Of a stretch of DNA of 64,000 nt, positions 51,831 through 62,547 are shown piece after piece. Source of the DNA: Meyerozyma guilliermondii (Eukaryota); the NCBI GenBank assembly GCA_051546255.1, contig CP128817.1:620001-684000 (forward strand), written 5' to 3'. The first letter of the stretch is position 1, and each line of letters opens with the position of its first letter. The translations under genes were made by a program, and so were the position numbers. The notes below the pieces were generated by a model. It made no database searches. It was not told the origin of the DNA and saw only the letters and a program-made list of their open reading frames with translations.

Positions 51831-51890
51831 AGACAAAATGAGACAAAATAGAGACAAAATATGAGACGAATATACAAGAGACGAAATACA
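51831..51890. repeat. Degenerate AGAC(A/G)AAAT-like tandem repeat, about 5 copies
   Basis: Read directly from the sequence. Confidence 0.65.
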
Positions 51891-51989
51891 AAGATGTCTG
51901 AGTTTATGCTATACGACGGTAATATTATCTACAAATGATGGAATGCTTGGTTATCCCTATGCAATTCTTGGGTAACCTGTTTTTTTCGT

Positions 51990-52595
51990 TTATCGTTTTG
52001 GTGTCACAGTTGCTGCTGTCATGTCGCTCTTCTGAGAATCTGCCTCTTTCCATGGATCAGTCTCTTGCTCTTTTTTGGTGGTTGTTTCTTCAGTAATTTT
52101 TGGTTTTTCTTTGTCGTTCATTGTATCATTTAGATACACCGACTTGGAATCTTCTGCAAGTTTCGTAGCCTCAGAACGTTGTTGCACCTTCTGGAGCTCA
52201 CGCTGGAGCTGCGACTCAAATGCTTGCTGTTGTTTTTGCTTTTCTAGAGTCCACTTCTGGTCTGCTTGCTTTGCTAAGATCTTGATTCTTTCCTGTCGAA
52301 GTTGGTCATTGACGAGCTCCTGTATGGTTGGGGCATTTGGGCGTGTCCTACGTAGCCACTGGTGCCATTGGGGTGGTACAGTATGGTAATGATCGACTTC
52401 AAAAGGCAGTTTGATATAGGGTTCAAGTTTGCGACGAAGGTTGTTTAGGTTTCCATCTATAGTAAATTCCCAATAAGTGTTGCCAGACAAGTCGTAGCCC
52501 ACAAAGAACTTGCGGCGAAACGGAATGTCTCTGCGGGCCTGCCAGCGATGCCAAAACCGCTGGAAATAGGTGTATTTATGGGCTAGTGGGTCCAT
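51990..52595 (-). CDS. NDUFA12-family complex I assembly factor (NDUFAF2-like)
   Basis: FVGYDLSGNTYWE, VPPQWHQWLRRTR..PTIQEL. Confidence 0.85.
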   Translation of the reverse strand: MDPLAHKYTYFQRFWHRWQARRDIPFRRKFFVGYDLSGNTYWEFTIDGNLNNLRRKLEPYIKLPFEVDHYHTVPPQWHQWLRRTRPNAPTIQELVNDQLRQERIKILAKQADQKWTLEKQKQQQAFESQLQRELQKVQQRSEATKLAEDSKSVYLNDTMNDKEKPKITEETTTKKEQETDPWKEADSQKSDMTAATVTPKR

Positions 52596-52829
52596 CGAGC
52601 GGCGTGAGAAAATGCGAAAATGGCGAAAAGGAGAGGTTGTTATCACTTATAGGCTGGTAAGCCAGGACAAAAATATTCCACTTCGGAGAATAACTGAGCA
52701 CATAAAATCGACAGCAGGGCCCTGTAGACGTGCTAGAGTATAAACACTTCAAAAAATATTCAGAATTACAAATATTTTGAAACTCCGAGCTCTCCTTTGT
52801 CACCAACCAGCACCAAACATCCACGACCT

Positions 52830-53267
52830 ATGGTAGCAAATACAAGCATGCGCTTAAACCAGGTGGCCCCGGTTCCCATTCAGCTTGAAGACCATGGTCC
52901 AAATCAGTTGGAACCCACTCATATTAGCGATGTTCTTGTTGGTGAACATCACACCATAAAAGGAGAAAATGGCCAATCTTACGTTGTTTGGGCCATACGA
53001 ATCATTGTGAACGACTCCATCTACCTGTCCATAGTGTTGTACAAGCGGTACCGAGAAATGGAAGCATTTCGAAACAAATTACTTGACGAATTTGGCAACG
53101 AAATCCCACCCTTACCTCCCAAAGATTCCATGAGTTTACAGAAACTAACTAATCCTTTAGCGTGGCTCGAGGAGCGCCGCAAGGGACTACAATGGTTTAT
53201 GACAAATGTATTGTTGAATCCACGATGGCAGCGGTCTACAGTGGTTCGAGAATTTGTACTAGGCTAA
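52830..53267 (+). CDS. YPT35: PX-domain protein Ypt35
   Basis: PVPIQL, YKRY, IPPLPPK, WLEERRKGLQWF..VLLNP. Confidence 0.85.
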   Translation: MVANTSMRLNQVAPVPIQLEDHGPNQLEPTHISDVLVGEHHTIKGENGQSYVVWAIRIIVNDSIYLSIVLYKRYREMEAFRNKLLDEFGNEIPPLPPKDSMSLQKLTNPLAWLEERRKGLQWFMTNVLLNPRWQRSTVVREFVLG

Positions 53268-53593
53268 ACCTTCCAACCTCGGCTTACCTAACTCCCGAGT
53301 CGCAATTACGTGAGTGGCCTGCTAGCCGCTAACCACTGGTGGTTACCTACTATACAAAGGTGTGGGAAAAGAAATTCACAGAGTTTACCACTCTGGGTGA
53401 CACTCTCGATGACTATGTTTCTGCATGGTCACTCCGCTTATTCAGCTTGGCCCAGGTCCATCGATTTTGCTTACGATTGCGCTGTGTAATCATATCCGCG
53501 GCTAGACCCGTCCTGCACCGTCCGCGAGGCGATGATAAATAGCACCCATCTCCATCTAATTCCATCATAATTAAGTTCCTTACATTTTCAAGA

Positions 53594-54556
53594 ATGGTCC
53601 ACCATAGAGTCACTATCATCGGTTCCGGCCCTGCTGCCCATACCGCCGCCATCTACCTTGCCAGAGCAGAAATTAAACCCACTTTGTACGAGGGTATGTT
53701 GGCCAACGGAATCGCTGCCGGCGGTCAATTAACTACTACTACCGATATCGAAAACTTTCCTGGTTTCCCCGATGGTATTGGAGGTACCGAGTTGATGGAG
53801 CAAATGAAAAAGCAATCACAAAGATTCGGAACCGAAATCATTACCGAAACCATTTCCAAGGTTGACTTATCCAAACGTCCTTTCAAGTTCTGGACTGAAT
53901 GGAATGAAGACAGTGAGCCTAATACCACTGATGCTATCATTATTGCCACGGGTGCTTCTGCTAAGAGAATGCATCTCCCTGGAGAAGATACTTACTGGCA
54001 ACAAGGAATTTCGGCTTGTGCTGTTTGCGATGGAGCCGTTCCAATTTTCCGTAACAAGCCTTTGGCTGTCATTGGAGGTGGAGACTCTGCTTGTGAAGAG
54101 GCTTTGTTCTTGACAAAGTACGGGTCCAAGGTTTACATGTTGGTGAGAAGAGACGAGTTGCGTGCATCTACTATCATGCAAAAGCGTGTGAAAGCCAACG
54201 AAAAGTTGGAAATTTTGTGGAACACCGAAGGTGTGAGTGCCAAGGGTGACGGTAAGCTCCTTAACGCCTTGGAGATCATCAACAACAAGACAAAGGAAAA
54301 ATCCGACTTGGCTGTTAACGGTTTGTTCTACGCCATTGGCCACACTCCAGCCACCAAGATTGTTCAAGAACAAGTCAAGACCGACGAGAACGGCTACATC
54401 TTGACCAACCCAGGCACTGCCGAGACCTCTGTACCCGGTGTGTTTGCTGCTGGTGATGTTCAAGATCACCGTTACAGACAAGCCATCACCTCTGCCGGTA
54501 CCGGTTGTATGGCTGCTTTGGACTGTGAAAAGTTCTTGGCCGAGCTGGAAATATAG
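53594..54556 (+). CDS. TRR1: Low-MW thioredoxin reductase
   Basis: [38 protein letters not shown]. Confidence 0.97.
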   Translation: MVHHRVTIIGSGPAAHTAAIYLARAEIKPTLYEGMLANGIAAGGQLTTTTDIENFPGFPDGIGGTELMEQMKKQSQRFGTEIITETISKVDLSKRPFKFWTEWNEDSEPNTTDAIIIATGASAKRMHLPGEDTYWQQGISACAVCDGAVPIFRNKPLAVIGGGDSACEEALFLTKYGSKVYMLVRRDELRASTIMQKRVKANEKLEILWNTEGVSAKGDGKLLNALEIINNKTKEKSDLAVNGLFYAIGHTPATKIVQEQVKTDENGYILTNPGTAETSVPGVFAAGDVQDHRYRQAITSAGTGCMAALDCEKFLAELEI

Positions 54557-54588
54557 ATATTATTAGACTTATAGAATTGAATTGATTT

Positions 54589-54664
54589 GACTTGTGTCAT
54601 TCCTAGCGTTCACCTGTGACTTGTCTGTCATTCATAGCGTTCACCTGTAACTTGTACTCTCATT
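54589..54664. repeat. ~30-bp direct tandem repeat, 2.5 copies
   Basis: GACTTG(TC)TGTCATTC(C/A)TAGCGTTCACCTGT at 54589-54617 and 54618-54648, plus a partial copy. Confidence 0.85.
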
Positions 54665-54714
54665 TTCCTGCATTGGGCTAGCACTTTCGCATTTTATCTA
54701 ATCTCAACTTATAC

Positions 54715-55563
54715 ATGTCGTTTGCTGCCCCTGACCTTGAAGCTTCTCCGGCGGCATATACCGACTTTCCGGAATTCGATTCGTTGTCCCAGACCATCGA
54801 CAATAATGTTTATAACGTCAATAATAACCAACTTTCGGCGGCTCGAAAGTTATTGACACAATACGACGAATTGTTGCAAGAAGAACCTTTAGACGGAGCC
54901 GTAAAATCACACAAAATCTCATCCAAGATCTCCAGTACTCTCAAGAAAACCACCGAATCATTCCAGAGAATCAATGAAACCACCAGCAAGCTCAATACGT
55001 ATCTTAACGAATGCGAACTGAACCACGAAGATGACGACGCTTTAAAGTATTTGCGACAAAAAGAGTCGCTCCTTATAAGGCTCATTAAACAGAGCCTCGA
55101 GCTGTTCCAACGCCTACAACTGAGGTTTGAGCAGCTCCAAAAAAAGGCTGTTGAGAAATATGGAAGGCCCGAACAAGTAGATCAAAAGACTACATCCGAA
55201 CCCACTCCCAGCACCGAATCACAGCAGATACAAATCACATACGAACCAATCAACGCCGAGGAGCTAGAGCAGCAAACGCTTTTGATTCAGGAGAGAGAAC
55301 GAGAAATCCACCAAATCAATCAAGATACTTCATACATTAACGAGATATTTTCCAACCTTCAAGATATCATTCACGAACAGCAGTTTTCCATCGATAACAT
55401 TGAAAATAATGTTTACAACTTTAGCACGAATGCTCGGGGAGCCCTGAACGAATTGAGACAAGCTGAACGGTATCAGAGACGTTCTAGTGGACGTATGTTC
55501 TGCTGCTTGCTTATATTGTTGGGAGTGCTTGGCCTGATTATATTGATAGGGTTGATATTCTAA
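54715..55563 (+). CDS. VAM3: Vacuolar/endosomal syntaxin (Qa-SNARE, Vam3/Pep12 type)
   Basis: Habc helices, EREREI..EQQFSIDNIENN SNARE motif, C-terminal TM; paralogue choice uncertain. Confidence 0.7.
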   Translation: MSFAAPDLEASPAAYTDFPEFDSLSQTIDNNVYNVNNNQLSAARKLLTQYDELLQEEPLDGAVKSHKISSKISSTLKKTTESFQRINETTSKLNTYLNECELNHEDDDALKYLRQKESLLIRLIKQSLELFQRLQLRFEQLQKKAVEKYGRPEQVDQKTTSEPTPSTESQQIQITYEPINAEELEQQTLLIQEREREIHQINQDTSYINEIFSNLQDIIHEQQFSIDNIENNVYNFSTNARGALNELRQAERYQRRSSGRMFCCLLILLGVLGLIILIGLIF

Positions 55564-55605
55564 TGACACGATATGCAATATGTCAATATGTAAAGAGGAT
55601 GTTTT

Positions 55606-56754
55606 TTACTCCCAAACATTAACGTAGCCATCGTCACCTCCACTCACAAGCACCTCTCTATTGTCGTCAAGTTTGCTCCATGCCAATGTGTTGATTTCAT
55701 GGACTCCGTGCGCTGCACTGGTGACTCCTTCGATCTCCCAAACTCCGTCTGTCTGCTTATAAACGGCAATTTTTCCATCGGCCCCGGCACTGGCAATGCG
55801 ACCAGAAACCGACGACCAAACCACACTATACACTGGATAAGTGTGTGCCGAAGGCAAGATACACTCCTGGTCCCATTGCATCTCATTAGACAGCTTTATA
55901 GAGCTGGGAAGGGCATCATGATTTGTTTCAGAACCTTCTTTTGAAGTGGACCATATTCTCACAGTTAAATCATCAGAAGCAGAAACCAATCTCACAGTAG
56001 TTTCAGAAGCCGAAGGGCTTTTTGGATGTTCAAACGCAGAGCACCAAACTGTTCCTTGGTGGCCATTGAGTACAGCTGCACATCCCCAATCGTCGTCATC
56101 ATACTCTTGTCTATATATACAGATGGTGTCGTCGTATGACGAACTGGCGAGTAGATTTTGGGTTGGGTGCCATATGACATGCTTGACATCCTGCTGGTGT
56201 TCTGTGAGTACGGAAATACACTCAAATTCTTCCAAAGTATCAGGATCAGTTTCCCATATCCAAATTGTTTTATCACGAGAACAAGATGCCACCAACGATC
56301 CATGACAATTCCATGCTACAGCCTTAACTTCGTGTTCATGTCCCTCTATAACTGCCATTAGTTCCCATTGTGCAGCCCTTTCGACGACTTTCCGCTCTTG
56401 TTTCCATATCTCTCGAGGTTCTTGGTCCATATCTTCATCGTTATCTTGGGGCAATTCTGCTTGCCAAACGGAAAGTTTGGCATCAAATGAGCCCATAGCG
56501 AGAGTCGGAGGGTCCAATAGTTCGTTCTCGTCCACCACCGTATCGTCTATCGGAGGTTTGAACATTACTGAACGAATCGATCTTGTATGAGTATCGTCGA
56601 GAGTGGTGACTCTGGGGAACTTTTCTGTCTCAGAAAGCCGGAAAATTGCAGATGTTTTGTCGCTAGACCCAGTAGCAAGCAAGGGTAGCTTCTGATGTGA
56701 GCTTACGCTCCAAATTTTGTCATGGTGGGCACGGATCCCATATAGTAATCTCAT
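55606..56754 (-). CDS. CIA1: Cytosolic Fe-S assembly WD40 protein
   Basis: HTRSIRSV, EGHEHEVK, SCSRDKTIWIWE, HQQDVKHV, SSSYDD. Confidence 0.95.
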   Translation of the reverse strand: MRLLYGIRAHHDKIWSVSSHQKLPLLATGSSDKTSAIFRLSETEKFPRVTTLDDTHTRSIRSVMFKPPIDDTVVDENELLDPPTLAMGSFDAKLSVWQAELPQDNDEDMDQEPREIWKQERKVVERAAQWELMAVIEGHEHEVKAVAWNCHGSLVASCSRDKTIWIWETDPDTLEEFECISVLTEHQQDVKHVIWHPTQNLLASSSYDDTICIYRQEYDDDDWGCAAVLNGHQGTVWCSAFEHPKSPSASETTVRLVSASDDLTVRIWSTSKEGSETNHDALPSSIKLSNEMQWDQECILPSAHTYPVYSVVWSSVSGRIASAGADGKIAVYKQTDGVWEIEGVTSAAHGVHEINTLAWSKLDDNREVLVSGGDDGYVNVWE

Positions 56755-56803
56755 TACCTCAAACTATTTCTCACGAAAATTTCCAAGAGCGCACATCTGA
56801 CCG

Positions 56804-58369
56804 ATGTTGGCTATACGTTCAATACGACAAGCGACCAACCGTCCGTTGATATACAGGTCAATTATACGGTCCTACTCGAAGGAAAACAAGGACATTGAGC
56901 CCAAAAAGGACGAATCGGTTTCGGAAAACAAGATAAAACCGTCCACTTCCAGGGCAGCTCCAGCGCCATTTGACCAATCCAATTCGGTTTCGAACTTGCT
57001 TTCCAAGAACAAAAAGCCTTACATCCCCAAAATTAAGCATGAAAGACTCACCTACGATTATCCGGGACTTCCCAACCAAGATGACTTTACTAAATATTCT
57101 GGGAACAGTGAACACAAACCCATAAAACCCGTCACCAGATGGTCAAGATACGTACCCAAAATACTCACAGCCATTGTCGTTATCTGGGGTGCTTATACCG
57201 TGAAAGTGTGGGTATATCTGCCTGAAAAAGGCTCGGACAGTAAGGAATTGTTGTCCCCAACGGATTTCCACAAGTTCATCGTTACTCACAAAGAACAAAT
57301 TGACAATGACCATTTTCTCGTCGAATTGACGCCAAAGTATAACCACTGGCAGTATAACTACCATATCAATTACGCAGAAAAGTCAATATGGAACGGCGAC
57401 AGAATTTGGTCGGTGGAAATCAAACAGCCGGAAATCATGGTGGTGAGATCGTACACTCCTCTTCCACTATACTTTATGAAGTCGGAGTACACGAGGTCTG
57501 GTGAGAAAAAGCCCTTGCTTAAGGTCATTGATAACGAAACTGAAGACTACGACAAACAAGGAGTCATGACCTTATATGTTAAGCGGTACAAAGACGGCGA
57601 AGTATCGCGCTACATCACCAGTCGCAACATTGGTGATGAGTTGGAACTTCGAGGACCACATATCAATTACAAGTTTCCATACCACCCACTCAAGGAGCAT
57701 TTCCAGAGGCCCACATTCAAGGATTTACCCTCCAAGATCGAGGCAGAGTCTTTTCGTGAAAAAATCGAGAGTGTGAAAAACATACCAAAGTTTGACAACT
57801 TGGTATTTTACGGTGCTGGAACAGGAATTGCTCCAATTCTTCAAGTTTTGCTCTCCCGCAATCCCTATAGGGGCCACACCACCATCCATTACTCGGCGCA
57901 AGCACCTGGTGAACTAGAGCCGTTTGAACGGTTCCTCTATTTCTTGGAGCAAATTGACAGAATACTGTTAAAAAAGCATTACGACTCTGAAAAAAAGAGT
58001 ATTTTAAGCAGCAAGGATATAGAAAAACCCACCGAGCTGCATTATCTCAGTCCATTGAGACTCGAGCAACAAAGTTTCTCTCCCGAAGAGTCTCTTAAAA
58101 TGCGTATGCGAATACTAGAAGGAGAAAATGAAGACGAACCAAATGAAGACGACGGGACGGACATTATCAGATATGAAAATGCCATTGAGCAAGCTCGTGC
58201 CACCAAGAAAATGAAAAAAGAAGATCCTGCTCTCGCTTTGGTTTGTGGACCAGAGGGCTATATTGGATACGTTGCGGGTCCAAAAGATCTTGAAGCTAGA
58301 AAGCAAGGGCCCGTTGATGGTCTCCTCGGTAAGCGTGGGTGGAGCTCCGTCAATGTATATAAGTTATAA
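56804..58369 (+). CDS. CYC2: Mitochondrial flavoprotein for cytochrome c haem attachment
   Basis: IWSVEIKQPEIMVVRSYTP, GEVSRY, RGP, GAGTGIAP, CGPEG. Confidence 0.88.
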   Translation: MLAIRSIRQATNRPLIYRSIIRSYSKENKDIEPKKDESVSENKIKPSTSRAAPAPFDQSNSVSNLLSKNKKPYIPKIKHERLTYDYPGLPNQDDFTKYSGNSEHKPIKPVTRWSRYVPKILTAIVVIWGAYTVKVWVYLPEKGSDSKELLSPTDFHKFIVTHKEQIDNDHFLVELTPKYNHWQYNYHINYAEKSIWNGDRIWSVEIKQPEIMVVRSYTPLPLYFMKSEYTRSGEKKPLLKVIDNETEDYDKQGVMTLYVKRYKDGEVSRYITSRNIGDELELRGPHINYKFPYHPLKEHFQRPTFKDLPSKIEAESFREKIESVKNIPKFDNLVFYGAGTGIAPILQVLLSRNPYRGHTTIHYSAQAPGELEPFERFLYFLEQIDRILLKKHYDSEKKSILSSKDIEKPTELHYLSPLRLEQQSFSPEESLKMRMRILEGENEDEPNEDDGTDIIRYENAIEQARATKKMKKEDPALALVCGPEGYIGYVAGPKDLEARKQGPVDGLLGKRGWSSVNVYKL

Positions 58370-58386
58370 TCGTGTAAATATTTACT

Positions 58387-61300
58387 TTAACCGTACATCT
58401 CGGCAACCACACCTATTTTTTCAGCGTAATGAACCAAAATCCGTTGCACATTTCTGTATTTTGCGCACGTTAAAACTAGTTCCTTAAGCAAGGCTCGTTT
58501 ATCCCACTCACAAATTGTCGGTTTCCATCCATTCAGTTTAAGATCTTCGGGTCCATAAAGCTCACTGCAAATTCCGAGCAATTGGGCCTTTAGACCAAGC
58601 TCACTGATTCGCCTAACGTAGGTAAGAAAGAACGCATGAAAGTCATTCTTCTCTCCTAACAATTCCGATGCTAGCATACGGTTTTCAAGATGGTTTATAG
58701 AAATGGAGTTTTCAAGGTTCTCAAAACCTTCCTTCATAATCATGTTTTTAGAAATTTTGTTCATGAACTTGCCTCGTCCGGTTCGTGATCTGCGCAAAAT
58801 CTCTTCGTTTGTCTTTTGCTCAAGCAATGCGATTATAGACTCCTCCTGTTTGGAATCTGGCTGGTTCCTATTTTGTGCCAATGAGTCCCAATAATGTGAA
58901 CCAAATGCCCACCACGATTCTGTAACGATATGCCACACGCCCAAATCATTATTGAAAAGATAGCCAGAGCCACTAGACAATGTGATAAGTGGAATTCCTT
59001 TCGATGTTACGGAGCACATCGTTATATTTTCTGACTTTGAGAGCCCGTCTTCTTCGTACTTTGAGCTCAAGTCCAACAATGCCTTTATGGATTGGGGAGA
59101 ATGTAACACAATTTTCTTTTCATTGAGATCCCACACATACAATTCACCAACCGATGTTATGGCAAGCAAAAACTGTTCATGGCTCTCGAGGAATGAGATA
59201 GCTGAGCCCAAAACGATAGGTGGAAAAATTCGCTTTCCAGACTCGAGAAGGTAGGTGTATATCTCTCCATCGGCGGTAGCAGTGGCCCAAAAGTTAGTGC
59301 CTTTGGTTGCTAGAAGAATATATCTCGGTATAAAGTCTGTCCACAATTGCCGGTCATTTCTCAAATAGGTTATACGAGTTGGTGTGCTTTCGTTTCCAGA
59401 ACCATTTTTGACGTCTAGGAAAGCAGATGAGTTTTGTTCTATTTGAAACGAGAGCCGTACTTTTGGCACAGCAAGACGAATAGCCGCAAACGCTGTGTTG
59501 GGATTTTGAAGCTGGGAACCAATAAATTTGATGGGTTCTAACTCTCTCTTCTTTTTAGTCGAATCGTCATTTTTGGGTCGTTTTCTGGACACAGAATCTG
59601 CCACAGCATATGATGGTTTTTCGTACTCCATTGGTAACGATGGTGTGTTATTGTTGTTCCACATATCATGGCCATTTGTACTCAATGGTGTGGTACTGCC
59701 ACTCCCGTTTGTCAGCGAAATCAACATTGGTTGAATTCTTTTCTTGCCATCTTTGGTACTAATTTTTTGCTTTGGCAATTTTGCAGGTTCTCGACTTGTT
59801 AGCTTAGGACGTTTGATGATGGGTGAATCGTTTGAAAATGAATGCTGAGAAGTGTCTGTGCTTGTTGATGGCTCTAGTATCACAGGACGAATATCCTCAT
59901 CTTCCGGAACTTGCTTCTCCTTTTTGCTTTTATTTTCGGTCGTAGAAAGCTCTTCAGTGATACTTTCTGGTTCTTGGTCGGGTTTCAAATTCTGTTCGGT
60001 GGCATTCCTTTGGTCTATTATAACAGGAGCTGGTGTCTTTTTTGTCCCTTCTACTGGCTGAGAATACTCGAAAGGATGGATGACTTTTTTGGAAAACTCC
60101 AACAATTGGTTTTTGATAGTTTCTTCAGCAGGGTTTCCCAATTCATGTTCCTCGAAATTGTACAATGTGACATGGCCATCCATGCTCGATTGGAGTAAAC
60201 TTCGACCATTTGGATGCCACACCAAGTCAGATATTGGTTTTTTGGCAATATCTTTGAGCAATAAAAGTGGTTTTTCTTTTATAGTGTTCCAAATGCTCAA
60301 AGTCATATCAGAGCCAGCCGTGGCCACGATATTGTAAACGTAGTGAGGTCGGTCTTGTTCAGTACTGTCATTCGATTCATTGTTTGTAGGTTGAGCGTTG
60401 GGCACCATTGGTTGTTCAGCTGGAGGTGAATCACTTTTTTCTCCACCATCCCAAGCATAAATGGTAGGGTTGAAGCGGACCACTTCGCAACAAGTATCAT
60501 GACCAACAAGACTAACCTTGGTTGACCACTGAGATGAGCGGGAAATTAGAGATACCAACGATGTTTGGCCTTTGCTTGCTGTAGGCACAGATACATATTC
60601 ACCATCAGGAGACCAGGAAATTCGTCGGTAGTCGACTATATTGGGCACTGCATTGGCCATTCTTGAATTCGTTGTGAAATGCTTGAACTGATACATGTCG
60701 TCTTTGTAGTGATACCGGTAGATGTCGATCACGGTATCATCTCCAAGGCATACAAAAAAACTGGATGTGGGGTCAAAAGCGATACTTCGCGGAGAAGAGT
60801 TGGGCTTTGAGCTGATGAGAGTCTGATAAGTGTTTTTCGAGCGGTCATGAATATGGACTTCAAACGCCGAAATCCATGCTATAAGGCGTCCATCCGGTGA
60901 CCAAGCGACGTCTAGAATGTTGGGAGTAGATATTGACCGGTGGCTTGGTTTGCGGGGTGGAGATTTTTCAGTTTTGTCGGTCGAGTTGGTTATTTCTAGA
61001 GTTTTTTCTGAGCTGTGCAGGGCCAATTTCTCAGTATCGTGGTTTATCTTAGGAGATTTGTCATTGGGAGCTTCGGAACTATGGTCAATGTTTATTTTGT
61101 CGGTGGATTGTGCGACGTTCCATTTACTCAATGGAAAAATGCATTCGAGAGTATTTTCACCCACCAAGTATATGCTGCCGTGAGTTGTTCCCACAGCCAT
61201 TATGGTGGGCTCAGTTGGGCAAAAACGGCCCACGGTCACAGTAGAGTCAAGCTCAATTGTTTTAGCTGGAGTCAATGAGCAAGTTTTCGACATGTCAAAG

Positions 61301-61437
61301 GCCATAAAATCGGCATAGTTGTATACACTAACTGCACCATCGGAGCCACCAGTTAGGACGAGGGCACCATCCAGACTTATGTCTGTCGTGTGAACTTCCC
61401 CCGCATGTAATAGCGTCGGGAAAACGATGGCTTTCAT
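58387..61437 (-). CDS. HIR2: HIR histone chaperone subunit (WD40 + B domain + Hira domain)
   Basis: WSPDG repeats, TKDGKKRIQP B domain, WWAFGSHYW, SINHLENR; HIR1 vs HIR2 less certain. Confidence 0.8.
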   Translation of the reverse strand: MKAIVFPTLLHAGEVHTTDISLDGALVLTGGSDGAVSVYNYADFMAFDMSKTCSLTPAKTIELDSTVTVGRFCPTEPTIMAVGTTHGSIYLVGENTLECIFPLSKWNVAQSTDKINIDHSSEAPNDKSPKINHDTEKLALHSSEKTLEITNSTDKTEKSPPRKPSHRSISTPNILDVAWSPDGRLIAWISAFEVHIHDRSKNTYQTLISSKPNSSPRSIAFDPTSSFFVCLGDDTVIDIYRYHYKDDMYQFKHFTTNSRMANAVPNIVDYRRISWSPDGEYVSVPTASKGQTSLVSLISRSSQWSTKVSLVGHDTCCEVVRFNPTIYAWDGGEKSDSPPAEQPMVPNAQPTNNESNDSTEQDRPHYVYNIVATAGSDMTLSIWNTIKEKPLLLLKDIAKKPISDLVWHPNGRSLLQSSMDGHVTLYNFEEHELGNPAEETIKNQLLEFSKKVIHPFEYSQPVEGTKKTPAPVIIDQRNATEQNLKPDQEPESITEELSTTENKSKKEKQVPEDEDIRPVILEPSTSTDTSQHSFSNDSPIIKRPKLTSREPAKLPKQKISTKDGKKRIQPMLISLTNGSGSTTPLSTNGHDMWNNNNTPSLPMEYEKPSYAVADSVSRKRPKNDDSTKKKRELEPIKFIGSQLQNPNTAFAAIRLAVPKVRLSFQIEQNSSAFLDVKNGSGNESTPTRITYLRNDRQLWTDFIPRYILLATKGTNFWATATADGEIYTYLLESGKRIFPPIVLGSAISFLESHEQFLLAITSVGELYVWDLNEKKIVLHSPQSIKALLDLSSKYEEDGLSKSENITMCSVTSKGIPLITLSSGSGYLFNNDLGVWHIVTESWWAFGSHYWDSLAQNRNQPDSKQEESIIALLEQKTNEEILRRSRTGRGKFMNKISKNMIMKEGFENLENSISINHLENRMLASELLGEKNDFHAFFLTYVRRISELGLKAQLLGICSELYGPEDLKLNGWKPTICEWDKRALLKELVLTCAKYRNVQRILVHYAEKIGVVAEMYG

Positions 61438-61665
61438 GAACAACAAGAAGCACCAGCGACCGCTATGAGACATGGCGCGGATTAGCTGCAGGACAACGAA
61501 GATGGTGAGAAAACGAAAACCATCACAGATAATTAACGCCCCGTTTGAACCCAAGCACCAAAAACCCCCTCCAACTCAGTAAACAACGGCGAAACCGGTG
61601 AATACAGACAAGTGTCTTACAGTGATTGACTTACCACAGTTTCAGAACGATATACTCACGAGACG

Positions 61666-62394
61666 ATGGGTGACGAGTACATATCAGATTCCAGCTCTGA
61701 TTTCACCGATTATTGGATTGACCTTTTTCTTGGAATCAAGGGCAACGAGTACTTCTGCGACATAGACGACGAATACATTCGTGATAGATTCAATCTTACC
61801 GGTCTCAACCAAGAAGTAAGTCGACTTCCCACCCTCATTGATATCATAACCGATCTAGTAGACATCGAGCTGCAACCTGAAGAGCACAGAGATGCCTTGG
61901 AACACAACGCCCGGGTCCTCTACGGCCTCATACACGCACGGTACATTCTCACGACTCGTGGATTGAACAAAATGTTCGAAAAGTATAGAAATGGCGATTT
62001 TGGGTATTGTCCCCGGGTTCACTGCCAGCTTCATCCGCTCCTTCCCGTGGGTCTCCATGACCTGCCTCGGGTGTCCAGTGTCAAATTGTACTGTAGCAAA
62101 TGCGAGGACTTGTACAATCCCAAATCAGGCCGGCATTCGGTGATTGACGGTGCGTACTTTGGGTCTTCGTTTCCTGCTATGTTTCTTCAAAACTTTTCGC
62201 AGGCCATTCCAACCCATTCGGCCGAAATGTATACTCCCAAGGTGTTCGGCTTCAAGTTGCATGAATACTCCAAGCTCAATCGCTGGAGAGAGTTACAACG
62301 GTCGCATCTCGAGCGGCGATTAACGAGCAAAGGTATCGAGACCAAAAACGTAGTGGGGGGATTCACGCATAATGCACCGAAGGAGAATGAATAG
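61666..62394 (+). CDS. CKB2: Casein kinase 2 regulatory beta subunit
   Basis: WIDLFLG.KG.EYFC, LYGLIHARY, CPRVHC..LYCSKC zinc ribbon, IDGAYFG. Confidence 0.92.
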   Translation: MGDEYISDSSSDFTDYWIDLFLGIKGNEYFCDIDDEYIRDRFNLTGLNQEVSRLPTLIDIITDLVDIELQPEEHRDALEHNARVLYGLIHARYILTTRGLNKMFEKYRNGDFGYCPRVHCQLHPLLPVGLHDLPRVSSVKLYCSKCEDLYNPKSGRHSVIDGAYFGSSFPAMFLQNFSQAIPTHSAEMYTPKVFGFKLHEYSKLNRWRELQRSHLERRLTSKGIETKNVVGGFTHNAPKENE

Positions 62395-62442
62395 GAGAAC
62401 GTGAATACGGAGAAAGTGAATACAGGAGAAATGACTGAATAC
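62394..62442. repeat. GGAGAA(C/A)GTGAATAC-like repeat, 3 copies, starting at the CKB2 stop
   Basis: Copies at 62394, 62409 and 62425. Confidence 0.7.
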
Positions 62443-62547
62443 AAGAACACAGGAGGAACATTAAGATGTAGCTGATTTGATCTAATCAACTTAAATTGTA
62501 GTCTCGATTTTCCTGCATCTCATTCTGGATTCTTTTTATGAATACCA

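Noticed and set aside
54589..54664. CRISPR-like repeat
   Set aside because: Copies are adjacent with no spacers, no cas genes, eukaryotic context
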